Positions 18,658 to 28,289 of a stretch of 54,454 nt of DNA are shown here, piece by piece; the stretch's first letter is position 1; the number at the start of each line of letters is the position of its first letter. Both the position numbers and the translations under genes were made by a program. The notes beneath the pieces were generated by a model. It was given only the letters and a program-made list of their open reading frames with translations, did no database searches and was not told where the DNA came from. This stretch comes from an uncultured Gammaproteobacteria bacterium. GTDB taxonomy: Bacteria > Patescibacteriota > Microgenomatia > CAYXHB01. The DNA is taken from assembly GCA_964561945.1 (NCBI GenBank), contig CAZLQM010000005.1, positions 1-54,454 on the forward strand, read 5' to 3'.

Positions 18658-21399
18658 TTAGTATGTTGGAGTGATGGTGTAAACGATATGTCCTGAGTAT
18701 GTATCTGTAGGCTGGAGAACATTCACTTCCAGAGCGTAAACAACGTCTGCCGTGGTGCCTGAATCAACACCAGATGAATACATAACAGGTCGCGGTGTGG
18801 TACTGAGTGGTCCAAATTTGGCCGATCCGCTACTCCAACCACTGACCCTAGTGTCTGATGTCCCTGCTCCGATCCAGCCAGTATTTACATTGCTAACTGT
18901 TCCATTGGGGGTACTCCAGGTAACAGGTGTAGTCCAACTAGCACCAAGTGCCGCAAATGGATCGATGAAATTAGAAGGATCTAAACCCTGAATTACAGAA
19001 GTACTTAACATATTGAGGAGGACGGTATACCCGCTAACTGAGTTAGTGGAGACGGATAATCGCTGAGCTATGTATTTTGGGGTGCCAACTGATATTGAAC
19101 CGAAGGGTAAAGATGTGATGGTACTAGATACAGAGGTGTTAATTCCATTAGCTAATGTGTTGGCCCCAATGGCTGAAATGGAGAAAGTAAGCGATGGGTC
19201 TTCCCAAGATCCAAATGTGCTATCTGATTGAAATCTGCCTGATTGATCACTTCCCCAGTATGCAATATTAGGAGCAAGGGAAAAATTAGACAGTCCCGTC
19301 AAACTGGCCCTAGTTGGGCCATCAATTTTGAGGCGCAAGGTGCCTGATGCTGAAGTGTAGTCTAATTCGATGAAATAAGATTGATTAGCCAAAATTGCTC
19401 CCGAAGCATCATAAGTGGTTGTAGAAACACTACCGTTACGAACGGTTCGTAAAGTTATGGTGTTGGCACTACTCCAATATAGTTGGATCGTGTCATTAGC
19501 AGATCTGTACCATTCTCCAATGTAAACATTAGTACTACTGTCAGATTGAAATGAAAGAGCAGAAGCTGCTGAATGTCTGGGTGTGTATTTAAATTTTATA
19601 TTACCAGCGGAAACTCCAAGTTGAGTTATCGGTTGGGTTACCGTATCCATACCATCGATTCGAATGCCTGAGGTTTCGGTAGAACTGGAGAGGGAAGCTG
19701 GAGTAACAGTAAGAGAGACATTGGTAAGGGGGATGAAATATAGATCATCAAGGTAGAAAGTTTGGCTATTGTTACTTAAATACTGGGCAGAGACAGAGCT
19801 ACTGGACGCTCTTACAACTCCGTGCAAGGGCTCCCAGTTATTAGTGCTTGAGGTAGTCAAAATCTGGGTTCCATCTTGAAGAGACTGATTAAGATCTACG
19901 CTATCGGTTACAGGATAGACATACCCTCCTAACGCGTAGAAATTGTCTGCAGTAGTAGTTATAGATCTGGTAACTCCCTCATCAAGTGCGTCGGTAATTA
20001 CTTCCCAACTATTACTGCCACTTCGAGATTGGGTAGTGGATTGAGATGAGCTAGTGGGAGTACCGACACTTGAAGGGGGTGTGCCACCTTCATAGGATGG
20101 GTCATTGTAGGAATTAGTTAAAAGCTCTACTGAGTGCCAGCTGCAAGTTCCACTTGAGGCAGTATTTAGTAAATTTACTCGCAAGGTTTTGGATCCTGAC
20201 CCCGTGATCTGGCCTGTAACTATTAATGCTGAAGGAGAAGTTCGACTAGTATTATTACTGCCGTCTATGTATCCAATGGAAAGGGATGAAGTTTGGTCGT
20301 ATAGTTGTAGTCTCGGAATGCAGTTAGCATCAGCGTGAACTATGGCTCGAGCGAGAAAATCGTCGCCTCCGTTAACTGTTACATCTTGATAGTAACCTTC
20401 ATTGGAAGCACTTGAAGTCCAGTAATAGCCTGATGCAAAAAGCTGATTTGGAGCACTCAACGAACCGTTGGCAGATGGCGTACCGATTTGGCTCCAATTA
20501 GTCCAAGCTGTAGCGTTGGTGAGGAACCCATTTGATAATAAATTATTTGCATGAGGATAAGTCCAAGCGTATCCTGTGCCACTAGACAATGAACCAACGT
20601 TTCCGTCTAAAGGTATTGCCATTACTACGTCAAAGGAACCTGTCACATTTGTTGGGTCACGACCACTACCGCCATTGTAAATTAAATTGATTTCATCACC
20701 GTTACCAATATTTATCCCGTTATTCCCATCGTATAAAACTCGACGATAAATAGTAAATCCTTCGATCAACCCAGAGATAGCTTCATCAGCACCATCGCTG
20801 CCTAAATAGAAACTAGTTGACGGCTGAGTGCTAGTTGGTTGGGTTGTAATACCACAACTATGAGAATCATTAATTGATAAACATGAATAGTTACTGCCGT
20901 TGATAAAATTATTAGTATCGTATCTGAGAACTATTGAATAAGAAGAGCCTGCACTAATAACTGAATCAATGGTCATTGACTGACCTCCCACTGTGATTGA
21001 ATATCTATCGTTAGCATAGTCGTAACCTAAGTTATAGTTCGAGTCTGCGTACCAAAGATAATTAATACCCGATGATAAATTGTTGGAACTATACTCCGGC
21101 GTCCAGAACAAAACGATTGATCCTTGGGATGAGTCAAATGTTTGATAGAAACTTCCTCCGATTTGGGAGCCGCGACCATAAGCTATAGAGTCATCGGTTA
21201 ATGTGTCTTGGTTGCTGGGTTCACCTTGGAGAAATACTCCAACAGCGAATGGACCTTGGCTGATTCTTTTGGCAATTGATGGAGTGAAAGTAAGGTCGCT
21301 AGGATTGATGGTTAATGAAGAAGCATGAATTGTTGACGTGAAGGAAATATTAAGAATGAAAAATACAATTAAAATCAGAATTTTGTGGGGATTTGCCAT
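18658..21399 (-). CDS. Large secreted Ser/Thr-rich beta-sandwich protein (LamG/CBM-like modules) with C-terminal domain shared with two paralogs
   Basis: Signal peptide (..IHA), LamG-like segments (GSIVLFWTP, FYLGSD, IAYWGSD), CBM-like FYLDD; C-terminal DPSLTF...VYTITPTY. Confidence 0.8.
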   Translation of the reverse strand: MANPHKILILIVFFILNISFTSTIHASSLTINPSDLTFTPSIAKRISQGPFAVGVFLQGEPSNQDTLTDDSIAYGRGSQIGGSFYQTFDSSQGSIVLFWTPEYSSNNLSSGINYLWYADSNYNLGYDYANDRYSITVGGQSMTIDSVISAGSSYSIVLRYDTNNFINGSNYSCLSINDSHSCGITTQPTSTQPSTSFYLGSDGADEAISGLIEGFTIYRRVLYDGNNGINIGNGDEINLIYNGGSGRDPTNVTGSFDVVMAIPLDGNVGSLSSGTGYAWTYPHANNLLSNGFLTNATAWTNWSQIGTPSANGSLSAPNQLFASGYYWTSSASNEGYYQDVTVNGGDDFLARAIVHADANCIPRLQLYDQTSSLSIGYIDGSNNTSRTSPSALIVTGQITGSGSKTLRVNLLNTASSGTCSWHSVELLTNSYNDPSYEGGTPPSSVGTPTSSSQSTTQSRSGSNSWEVITDALDEGVTRSITTTADNFYALGGYVYPVTDSVDLNQSLQDGTQILTTSSTNNWEPLHGVVRASSSSVSAQYLSNNSQTFYLDDLYFIPLTNVSLTVTPASLSSSTETSGIRIDGMDTVTQPITQLGVSAGNIKFKYTPRHSAASALSFQSDSSTNVYIGEWYRSANDTIQLYWSSANTITLRTVRNGSVSTTTYDASGAILANQSYFIELDYTSASGTLRLKIDGPTRASLTGLSNFSLAPNIAYWGSDQSGRFQSDSTFGSWEDPSLTFSISAIGANTLANGINTSVSSTITSLPFGSISVGTPKYIAQRLSVSTNSVSGYTVLLNMLSTSVIQGLDPSNFIDPFAALGASWTTPVTWSTPNGTVSNVNTGWIGAGTSDTRVSGWSSGSAKFGPLSTTPRPVMYSSGVDSGTTADVVYALEVNVLQPTDTYSGHIVYTITPTY

Positions 21400-21472
21400 A
21401 TTAAATCTCAGGAGTGAGATGATTCCATATTACCAGTTTTTGAGTCTATTAAGCTATCTTTGAATGAAGAAA

Positions 21473-22567
21473 TTAGTATGTAGCAGTGGCGGTATACACC
21501 AGTGTTCCACTATACACATCGGCAGGCTGGTAAACATTCACTTCGATTGCATAGTTTATGTAGACAGGATTGATGCCATTATCCGGTCCATTACTAAGCA
21601 TGACTGTATTATTGGTTAATTCAACTGGTCCGAATTCCGTAGGGTCAAACTGAGAAACATCGCTATCTGAAGTATAAGCACCGATCCAACCTGTATCAGT
21701 ATTTGGTACAGAACCAGTTGGTTCGGTCCAAGCTTTAGGGGTTGACCATGTAGTTCCTGGAGAAGCATATGGGTCAATGTTGTTAGATGTATAAGAACCT
21801 GTCATTTGACTGACCATCCGCATACTGACGGTATAACCTGAGTTGGAGTTGGTGGTAACGTTGAGTCTGTGGGCTGAATATTTGGGAGTTCCAGCGGTAA
21901 GATTGCCAAAAGGCAAGGTACTAATGGTAGAAGCAACGTTCGTGGTGACACCTCCAACGACAGTATTAATTCCAACAGGAGAAATAACAAAAGTGAATGA
22001 TGGATCTACCGTAGCACTTACAGTTACAGCTTGAACGACTGTATACATGACTGTAGTTTCATCAACTACTGCCGTATCCCAAGCACCTGTGGCTGTTGCA
22101 GATTGAATCTGGACAAAACAACTATCAGATGAAGTCTCAACATCGCAGTCTGCAATACCGCTATTGGTAATGGACTGGAGCGGAATCGTAACTACAGAAT
22201 TTACCAAATTCTGACCACCATTCGTATGTTGAAGGGTTATCAATCCTGATGGAGCATTTGAGGTGTTGATGGTCCAACCTGCGTCTAAATTAACAAGAGT
22301 TCCAATGCTAGTACTATTTAGAACTAATCCCGTCGGTTTGGCACTGCCAGAAGGCAAAGTGGAGAACTGAAAACGAATTTCGTTGATAGTAGCACTTGAA
22401 GGAACAGTAAATTGAAACGTATGGGTACTACTGACACCCGCACGAGGGTCAGAAATGAAATCTTTGGCACTTGAAAAAGTACCTGCCTCTACATTTTTGG
22501 CTAAGAAAAAAGGTAGGAAAGAAAATATAGCGATAAATAAAACAATGCGAGGCAGATGTAAACGCAT
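21473..22567 (-). CDS. Secreted two-domain beta protein, paralog B (putative pilin/surface subunit)
   Basis: Signal peptide (..VEA), full-length similarity to 28290..29408, ends YSGTLVYTATATY. Confidence 0.82.
   Translation of the reverse strand: MRLHLPRIVLFIAIFSFLPFFLAKNVEAGTFSSAKDFISDPRAGVSSTHTFQFTVPSSATINEIRFQFSTLPSGSAKPTGLVLNSTSIGTLVNLDAGWTINTSNAPSGLITLQHTNGGQNLVNSVVTIPLQSITNSGIADCDVETSSDSCFVQIQSATATGAWDTAVVDETTVMYTVVQAVTVSATVDPSFTFVISPVGINTVVGGVTTNVASTISTLPFGNLTAGTPKYSAHRLNVTTNSNSGYTVSMRMVSQMTGSYTSNNIDPYASPGTTWSTPKAWTEPTGSVPNTDTGWIGAYTSDSDVSQFDPTEFGPVELTNNTVMLSNGPDNGINPVYINYAIEVNVYQPADVYSGTLVYTATATY
21677..21733. repeat. 57-bp exact direct repeat, copy 1
   Basis: agcaccgatccaacctgtatcagtatttggtacagaaccagttggttcggtccaagc, identical to 28497-28553. 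Confidence 0.93.
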
Positions 22568-22577
22568 ATACCTATTA

Positions 22578-22607
22578 ACCTTATGACATAAAAGCCATAC
22601 CTGTCAA
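22578..22607 (-). promoter_or_regulatory. Putative promoter TTGACA-N18-TAAGGT for paralog B
   Basis: -35 at 22607-22602, -10 at 22583-22578, 10 nt before ATG. Confidence 0.5.
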
Positions 22608-22638
22608 TGGAAATGAGGAGGGAAAAATGTTGTATTTA

Positions 22639-24291
22639 CTAAACAGTTGGAGGAGCTGAATTGTTTTGTAGACTTGCTTGATATTTGGGATATTTTTTTT
22701 GGAAATCTTGGATGAATTGATCGACTAATGGATCTAGGTCTTCGACTTTTTTACCTTCGAGCGCCATATGTTTGAAATTGTCATATCCGCCTTGGCGATA
22801 AAACTCAATTAATTCCTTTTTGAAATCGCTCATAATCTCAAGCTCTAGCGAATCAATTCGACCGGATGTAACTAAGATTAACAGAAGTATTTGTTCATCA
22901 GTAAATAAATTAAGCCCCGTAACTTGAGCAAACATTTCCAAAACTCGTTTACCTCGACGAATATCGCGAAGTGTGTCTTCGGAAACTTCAGTATTAATAG
23001 TTTCAAATGACTTAACCTCGTTATAACGCGCCATTTGACGACCACTAACTTCACCTAATTTACGCAGGATAGGGATCTGCACAGCTCCACCGATACGAGA
23101 AACTGACAGTCCTGAATTAACCGCTGGCATGATACCCTCATTCATCATGCCAGCATCGAGGAAAATGTGGCCATCAGTAATGGACATCAAATTAGTAATA
23201 ATATATTCAGAGACATCACCACCGATGGTTTGAGCCACAGGCAAAGCGGTCATGGAACCACCACCAAGTCGAGAATGGAGTTTGGAGGCTCGCTCGAGTA
23301 GGCGTGAATGAAGGAAGAAAATATCTCCAGGATAAGCATCTCGCCCTGGGGATCTCTTGAGTAGCAACGAAACTTGGCGGTAGGCTTTGGCTTGCTTGGA
23401 AAGGTCGTCGTAAACTATCAAGACGTGCTTGCCCCTGTACATAAAGAATTCAGCAATGGCAGCTCCTGCATAGGGGGACAGATACTGCATAGTAGGCGGA
23501 TCATCAGAGAAAGACATGACAACAGCCGTATGCTCTAATGCGCCCCTTTTTTTGAGAAGATTGACAACTTCCTTGGCCTTGGCAGTTTGCATCCCGACGC
23601 CAACATAAACACAAAGCACACCCCTGCCAATTTGGTTGCAAATGGCATCAACTACAACTCGAGTTTTACCTGTCTTACGATCTCCAATCACTAATTCACG
23701 CTGACCTTTACCGACAGGAATAGTAGCATCAATAACCATCAAACCCGTATTCATGGGATCTTTGATTGGCTCACGCATCATAATGGAAGGACCCGCAAAC
23801 TCAAGGGGGCGCATTTCCTCCGGCTCGATTTCTCCCAGCCCATCGATGGGAACACCCATGGGGTCAACCACTCTACCCAACGAGTTTGAACCCGTCGGGA
23901 CGAGGATCTTGTTGCCAGTAGAAACAGCTTGGTCCCCACGTTTGACTTGAGTGTAGTCACCTAAAACCACTGTCTCTACTAAGCCTTTGTCAATTCCCAA
24001 AACTAGCGACGGGACAAGTCCGCCCTCGGTTTTGATATTGATCACTTCTTCTATCTTTGCATCATCGATACCACTAATTTTGACCACAGCATCACCTACA
24101 TACTGGACCTGACCAATTTGGGAGATTGTTTCTCCTTTGGAATTTTGGGGGAAAGTAAAGTCTAAGACATCACTAAATTCAAACTCATCATCCACCTCTT
24201 GAGGGGGAGGAACTAAATCAATATCAACACCTTTGATGGATGAATTGGAGTTGTTGAGAAATTCTTCTAGTTTGCGTAGTTGTTTGGCCAT
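22639..24291 (-). CDS. atpA: F-type ATPase subunit alpha (divergent, acidic N-terminal extension)
   Basis: GKGQRELVIGDRKTGKT, YDDLSKQA, RDAYPGDIFFLHSRLLERA, SITDGHIFL, Arg finger SVSRIGG. Confidence 0.96.
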   Translation of the reverse strand: MAKQLRKLEEFLNNSNSSIKGVDIDLVPPPQEVDDEFEFSDVLDFTFPQNSKGETISQIGQVQYVGDAVVKISGIDDAKIEEVINIKTEGGLVPSLVLGIDKGLVETVVLGDYTQVKRGDQAVSTGNKILVPTGSNSLGRVVDPMGVPIDGLGEIEPEEMRPLEFAGPSIMMREPIKDPMNTGLMVIDATIPVGKGQRELVIGDRKTGKTRVVVDAICNQIGRGVLCVYVGVGMQTAKAKEVVNLLKKRGALEHTAVVMSFSDDPPTMQYLSPYAGAAIAEFFMYRGKHVLIVYDDLSKQAKAYRQVSLLLKRSPGRDAYPGDIFFLHSRLLERASKLHSRLGGGSMTALPVAQTIGGDVSEYIITNLMSITDGHIFLDAGMMNEGIMPAVNSGLSVSRIGGAVQIPILRKLGEVSGRQMARYNEVKSFETINTEVSEDTLRDIRRGKRVLEMFAQVTGLNLFTDEQILLLILVTSGRIDSLELEIMSDFKKELIEFYRQGGYDNFKHMALEGKKVEDLDPLVDQFIQDFQKKYPKYQASLQNNSAPPTV

Positions 24292-24303
24292 GATTGGGGA
24301 AAA

Positions 24304-24888
24304 TTAATTAGATTCTTGAGTAAGCAAATCATTAGTAGAGATAAGACTATCAATCCATTTTTTTTGGAATCTCTCAAGCTTGGCTTTGAGACTGTAATCA
24401 AAAACATAATTACCAACCCGAACTTGAGCTCCGCCAAGAATGGCGGGATTTACTACATGGCTGATGACGGCATGTTTCTTGAGGAGGGTGGCAAATAGTT
24501 TACCAATTTTGCGAAGTTCATCGTCTTCAAGGTCAATCGAGGTACTAATATAAACTATTTCAATATTGTCTGCTTCAAGTTGGAAACTTTTAACGAAGGT
24601 GTCAAAATGATCAAATTTATGTGAATCGAACAACCAGAATTGATAGGCTTCAAACATTGAAGTGAAGAATTGATTAACTTGAGGCAAGTTGATTTTGGCA
24701 ATTAATCTGATAAGTTCGCGGGATTTTTGGGCATCGTTAAGGTTGTCATCAGTAACAACATCGTACATACGTTGCTTGAATTGGTGGTTAGCGCTTAATG
24801 ATTCAAGTAAAAGTGATACCCGCTTGAGATCGCGACTAGTATACAAACTATTAATCAAACTTTGAGCTGCCAGTTGGACTTGGTTCAT
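24304..24888 (-). CDS. atpH: F-type ATPase subunit delta
   Basis: C-terminal VNPAILGGAQVRVGNYVFDYSLKAKL; position between b and alpha. Confidence 0.88.
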   Translation of the reverse strand: MNQVQLAAQSLINSLYTSRDLKRVSLLLESLSANHQFKQRMYDVVTDDNLNDAQKSRELIRLIAKINLPQVNQFFTSMFEAYQFWLFDSHKFDHFDTFVKSFQLEADNIEIVYISTSIDLEDDELRKIGKLFATLLKKHAVISHVVNPAILGGAQVRVGNYVFDYSLKAKLERFQKKWIDSLISTNDLLTQESN

Positions 24889-24894
24889 AGAAGA

Positions 24895-25413
24895 TTACAT
24901 TTTGATTTTTTGGGATTTGACCTCGTCAAGCGATTTGTAAATCAGGTCAACATGATCCTGACGTGTGAGTGTCGTGCCCATGACTTTTTCGGTGACATTG
25001 ATAACTAATTTGACTAAATCTGATTCAACTTCATGCAGTCGTTCTTTGCGATAATCGTCCAAGTCATGAGTTGCGTGCATGCGGATAGCCTCGGCTTCAT
25101 CTCTAGACTTTTTGATAATAAGTTCAGCTTCGGCACGAGCGTCTTCGATGGTTTTTTGGTATTGGACTGCGATTTCTTTGTCCATCTCAACAGCCACTTG
25201 TTGCATGATGCTCATGGCTGCCATGACTTTGGAGATTTTCTGGTGCTGACGTTTGTGGACACTTTGTTTGTGGAGATCTAGCTGAAGTTTGGATTGTTGG
25301 AGGAATTTCTCCAGTTCTTGCTCATGAATCCGAGTTCGACGCCAAAAGAAAACTACGAGAAGCAAAATGTAAACGGCGGTGATTGCAGTATATATCAACC
25401 AAATATCATCCAT
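24895..25413 (-). CDS. atpF: F-type ATPase subunit b-like stator protein
   Basis: N-terminal TM, long coiled coil (IEDARAEAELII), C-terminal LVINVTEKVM...DHVDLI. Confidence 0.78.
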   Translation of the reverse strand: MDDIWLIYTAITAVYILLLVVFFWRRTRIHEQELEKFLQQSKLQLDLHKQSVHKRQHQKISKVMAAMSIMQQVAVEMDKEIAVQYQKTIEDARAEAELIIKKSRDEAEAIRMHATHDLDDYRKERLHEVESDLVKLVINVTEKVMGTTLTRQDHVDLIYKSLDEVKSQKIKM

Positions 25414-25452
25414 AGGCAGGAAATAGCAGACTTAATTAGTCTACCCTATTAA

Positions 25453-27483
25453 TTATCTTACAATAAATACAGCCGCCGCAACCGCCATCCCTGCAGCAGT
25501 TACAAATGCAAAAATACTGGCGTACAAATTAAGTTGCAATTTGCCCTTGGCATAGGGATTACGACCAATGGCTTCAAGCCCTCGACTGGCCATAATACCA
25601 CCGCCAACACTGGCACCTAAAATACCAAACCCTGCGGCAAGACCTGCGCCAATGTAACGCAAGACGGAGAACCTATCCAGTCCTTGGGTTTTGAATAATT
25701 GCGATATCAATGCAGCAGAGTCCGAAGCCCCTTTGACTCCACCTGCACCTGATCCACCACCTCCGTTGGGATTGATATCTTTGAGTTTGGGATCGCCTTG
25801 AACTTCGAAGATGTTACTAACCCCTACCATTCCATCACCTGCCACGCTGATGACAACTTCTGGATCGGCGAGTGAAATTATCCCTTGGACATACCACAAG
25901 CCTTCTGCCGAAGGGCTAGCAACAGCAGGATTAAGTGTCCCAGTTGTGTCGCTTAATGCAATTGGTCCAGTGTAATCGGTAACTTGCTCATTTAGCGAAT
26001 TCTTAGCCGCGATTGAAATCAGGAAAGGCTGACCTACTGTTTGAGGGCTTTGGATGTCTTCAATTACTAGCCGGCGGTTTAATCCTGTGCCAACGCTACC
26101 AACAATTCGAGCGGTTTTGGCGACACTACCTTGATTGGCGGTTATAGTCACCGTGCCAATGCCATTATCGGACGCGGTAAGAAGCACAGTGTTCCCTGCA
26201 GCTTGACTCAAGACTCCCAAATCACCTGTGACTTCGAATTGGTAATTAACACCTGTAACAGGGTTCCCATAGATATCAACTCCTTGGGCTGTAATGGGAA
26301 TAGTTGCACCACGCAAGGCTGCAATTATTTCTGGGTCAATATTGACTGAATTAAGTACGCCTGCTGCGGGAGTGGGGCTGATGGCTAAGGTTGGAGTAGG
26401 GGTAGGGGTTGGTGGAATGGGAGTGGGGGTATTGGTGGGAGCAAGAGTTGGGGTCGGTGTAGGAGTACCTGCCCATGAACCAACGCCACCTGTTTCAATA
26501 ACTGTAACTGAAGCAGTTGAGCCGACACTACCCGACTGGACTCTGACGGTGTTAAGGAAAGTATTGGCAGTTGTGCCTGCAAAGAAAATCCCAGTTGAGT
26601 CTATAGTGCCTCCTCCATTAACGACGCTCCAAGTTGGTGAGGGAACCGTGACTTCGTTGTAATACATATCATAACCAACTACGCTAAAGGGGAAATAATT
26701 AGCAATCGGAACAGTAGCCCATATGGGAAGAATGGAAAGTGAAACCAAACTTGCAGGGATAGCTGTTTCGTAGAAAGTAGCAGCATTCGTAATCCCGCTG
26801 GCAAGTGTAGCCGTGACAATATAAGAACCTTTCTTGCGACCCAGAGTCAGACTGGTTGAAGCATATCCCGAGATATTGGAATTACTTGCAAGTAGATTAA
26901 GCTGTTGAGTGCTAGCTCCTGGTGGATAGCTAGTAATAGCCCAGTTAACCCCGACGTTATTGAGAGGATTGCCGTATGGATCAACAACTCTAACGGTAAG
27001 TGGTGTGGTGAGAGTCGTGTTTACTAATGCGTTTTGGTTATTGCCTGCTGTGATAGTCAGGAATTTGATGCGACTATCAGCTTGGACGGTAAATGGAGTT
27101 GATGTGGCAACTACTGATCCCGAAGATACGACTATTTGTGTATTGGTCGTGGCTTGGGGAATGTAAACAGTGCCTCGCCAAATACCTGATTGAAAACTGC
27201 CAGAATTGCTAGGGACAATTGTACTGGTGTTGTCCCAAATTGAAACATTGCCTGTAAAATTAACTTCAATTTGATTGCTGGCATCACGTGCATAGATGGT
27301 TAGGTAGAAAGGTACGCCTGCAATTTTGGTACCTGAAGTAAAATCATCAAAGGTAAAGTGATCTAGCGCCGCAAAGGTGGAGGAAGTGAAATGCAAAAAG
27401 AAAAACCCTAAAGATCCAAGAAAAAGAAAAATATTGAAGATATATTTGGTTACTGGTATTAAGACACCCTTTTTGTCTATCAT
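25453..27483 (-). CDS. Secreted Ig-repeat protein fused to a C-terminal ATP synthase subunit c-like hairpin lacking the ion-binding carboxylate
   Basis: Signal/TM, about five Ig-like modules (VVDPYGNP, GYDMYYNE, GVDIYGNP), PT linker, then IGAGLAAGFGILGASVGGGIMASRGLEAIGRNP...; sits at the atpE position before atpF-atpH-atpA. Confidence 0.85.
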   Translation of the reverse strand: MIDKKGVLIPVTKYIFNIFLFLGSLGFFFLHFTSSTFAALDHFTFDDFTSGTKIAGVPFYLTIYARDASNQIEVNFTGNVSIWDNTSTIVPSNSGSFQSGIWRGTVYIPQATTNTQIVVSSGSVVATSTPFTVQADSRIKFLTITAGNNQNALVNTTLTTPLTVRVVDPYGNPLNNVGVNWAITSYPPGASTQQLNLLASNSNISGYASTSLTLGRKKGSYIVTATLASGITNAATFYETAIPASLVSLSILPIWATVPIANYFPFSVVGYDMYYNEVTVPSPTWSVVNGGGTIDSTGIFFAGTTANTFLNTVRVQSGSVGSTASVTVIETGGVGSWAGTPTPTPTLAPTNTPTPIPPTPTPTPTLAISPTPAAGVLNSVNIDPEIIAALRGATIPITAQGVDIYGNPVTGVNYQFEVTGDLGVLSQAAGNTVLLTASDNGIGTVTITANQGSVAKTARIVGSVGTGLNRRLVIEDIQSPQTVGQPFLISIAAKNSLNEQVTDYTGPIALSDTTGTLNPAVASPSAEGLWYVQGIISLADPEVVISVAGDGMVGVSNIFEVQGDPKLKDINPNGGGGSGAGGVKGASDSAALISQLFKTQGLDRFSVLRYIGAGLAAGFGILGASVGGGIMASRGLEAIGRNPYAKGKLQLNLYASIFAFVTAAGMAVAAAVFIVR
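26368..26470 (-). repeat. Pro/Thr low-complexity linker
   Basis: GTPTPTPTLAPTNTPTPIPPTPTPTPTLAISPTP. Confidence 0.85.
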
Positions 27484-27531
27484 GATAATACAACTGTACA
27501 CTAATTAGAGCGTATCCAACAGTATTTTAAT

Positions 27532-28104
27532 ATGAATGACACTGCCCAGATAGTCAATCGATTTGTAGACGATAATCACAAAATCGATAAGGAAAAATTA
27601 CGTTTATTTGTGAATCAAAAACTCAGCTCTCAACTAGCTTGGGTAACATATTGGCTACATGGAACTGCCCATTTGCATAATTGGAATCGGCTGGCTGATT
27701 TTATCGCTAGCCATGATCGGGATCCCAAAAGCCAAAATTGGCAAAAAGGCTTGGATCAAATCATGGGACTGCCTGCGACCATCCGTGGGTGGAATAGTGA
27801 TCACTGCGAGAGCATCGAACGCCTTGAGTTTTCGATAGCATCCAAAGCTGCAGAATTAGCAACAGGCGATGATAATCAAGATTACTATACGGCTCTAACT
27901 ATCAGGCATGATCAGCTGCTTGCATGCACCCAAGTGATGGATACAGCGATTGAAAACTTGGGACAATTAGTCAAATTAGATAACATGGAAGAAATGATCC
28001 AGAGCGAGCCATTTGGGTGGTTCATGAATAAAGACATTGATACATATATTTACGAAAGCGCTCGGGAAGTCTACGAATTGAGAAATAAATTAACGGAAAA
28101 TTAA
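27532..28104 (+). CDS. Hypothetical soluble, probably helical protein, opposite strand within the ATPase locus
   Basis: 190-aa ORF with no competing ORF; no family recognised. Confidence 0.7.
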   Translation: MNDTAQIVNRFVDDNHKIDKEKLRLFVNQKLSSQLAWVTYWLHGTAHLHNWNRLADFIASHDRDPKSQNWQKGLDQIMGLPATIRGWNSDHCESIERLEFSIASKAAELATGDDNQDYYTALTIRHDQLLACTQVMDTAIENLGQLVKLDNMEEMIQSEPFGWFMNKDIDTYIYESAREVYELRNKLTEN

Positions 28105-28240
28105 GCAGAAAAATTAAACTAAGAATAGAAATTCTAGTATGGGAGATATACTAATCTAAAATGTAATTAGGGAAAGCAAATTGAATTGGACTTTGGTTTT
28201 TGAGAAATTTGGATTTAGTAAGTAAAAGTTTTCTTCCAAC

Positions 28241-28269
28241 AAAAAAGCACGCTATCGAGCGTGCTTTTT
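28241..28269. terminator. Bidirectional intrinsic terminator
   Basis: aaaaaagcacgct-atcg-agcgtgcttttt between convergent genes. Confidence 0.88.
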
Positions 28270-28289
28270 GTGGTTAATCACAACTTATA

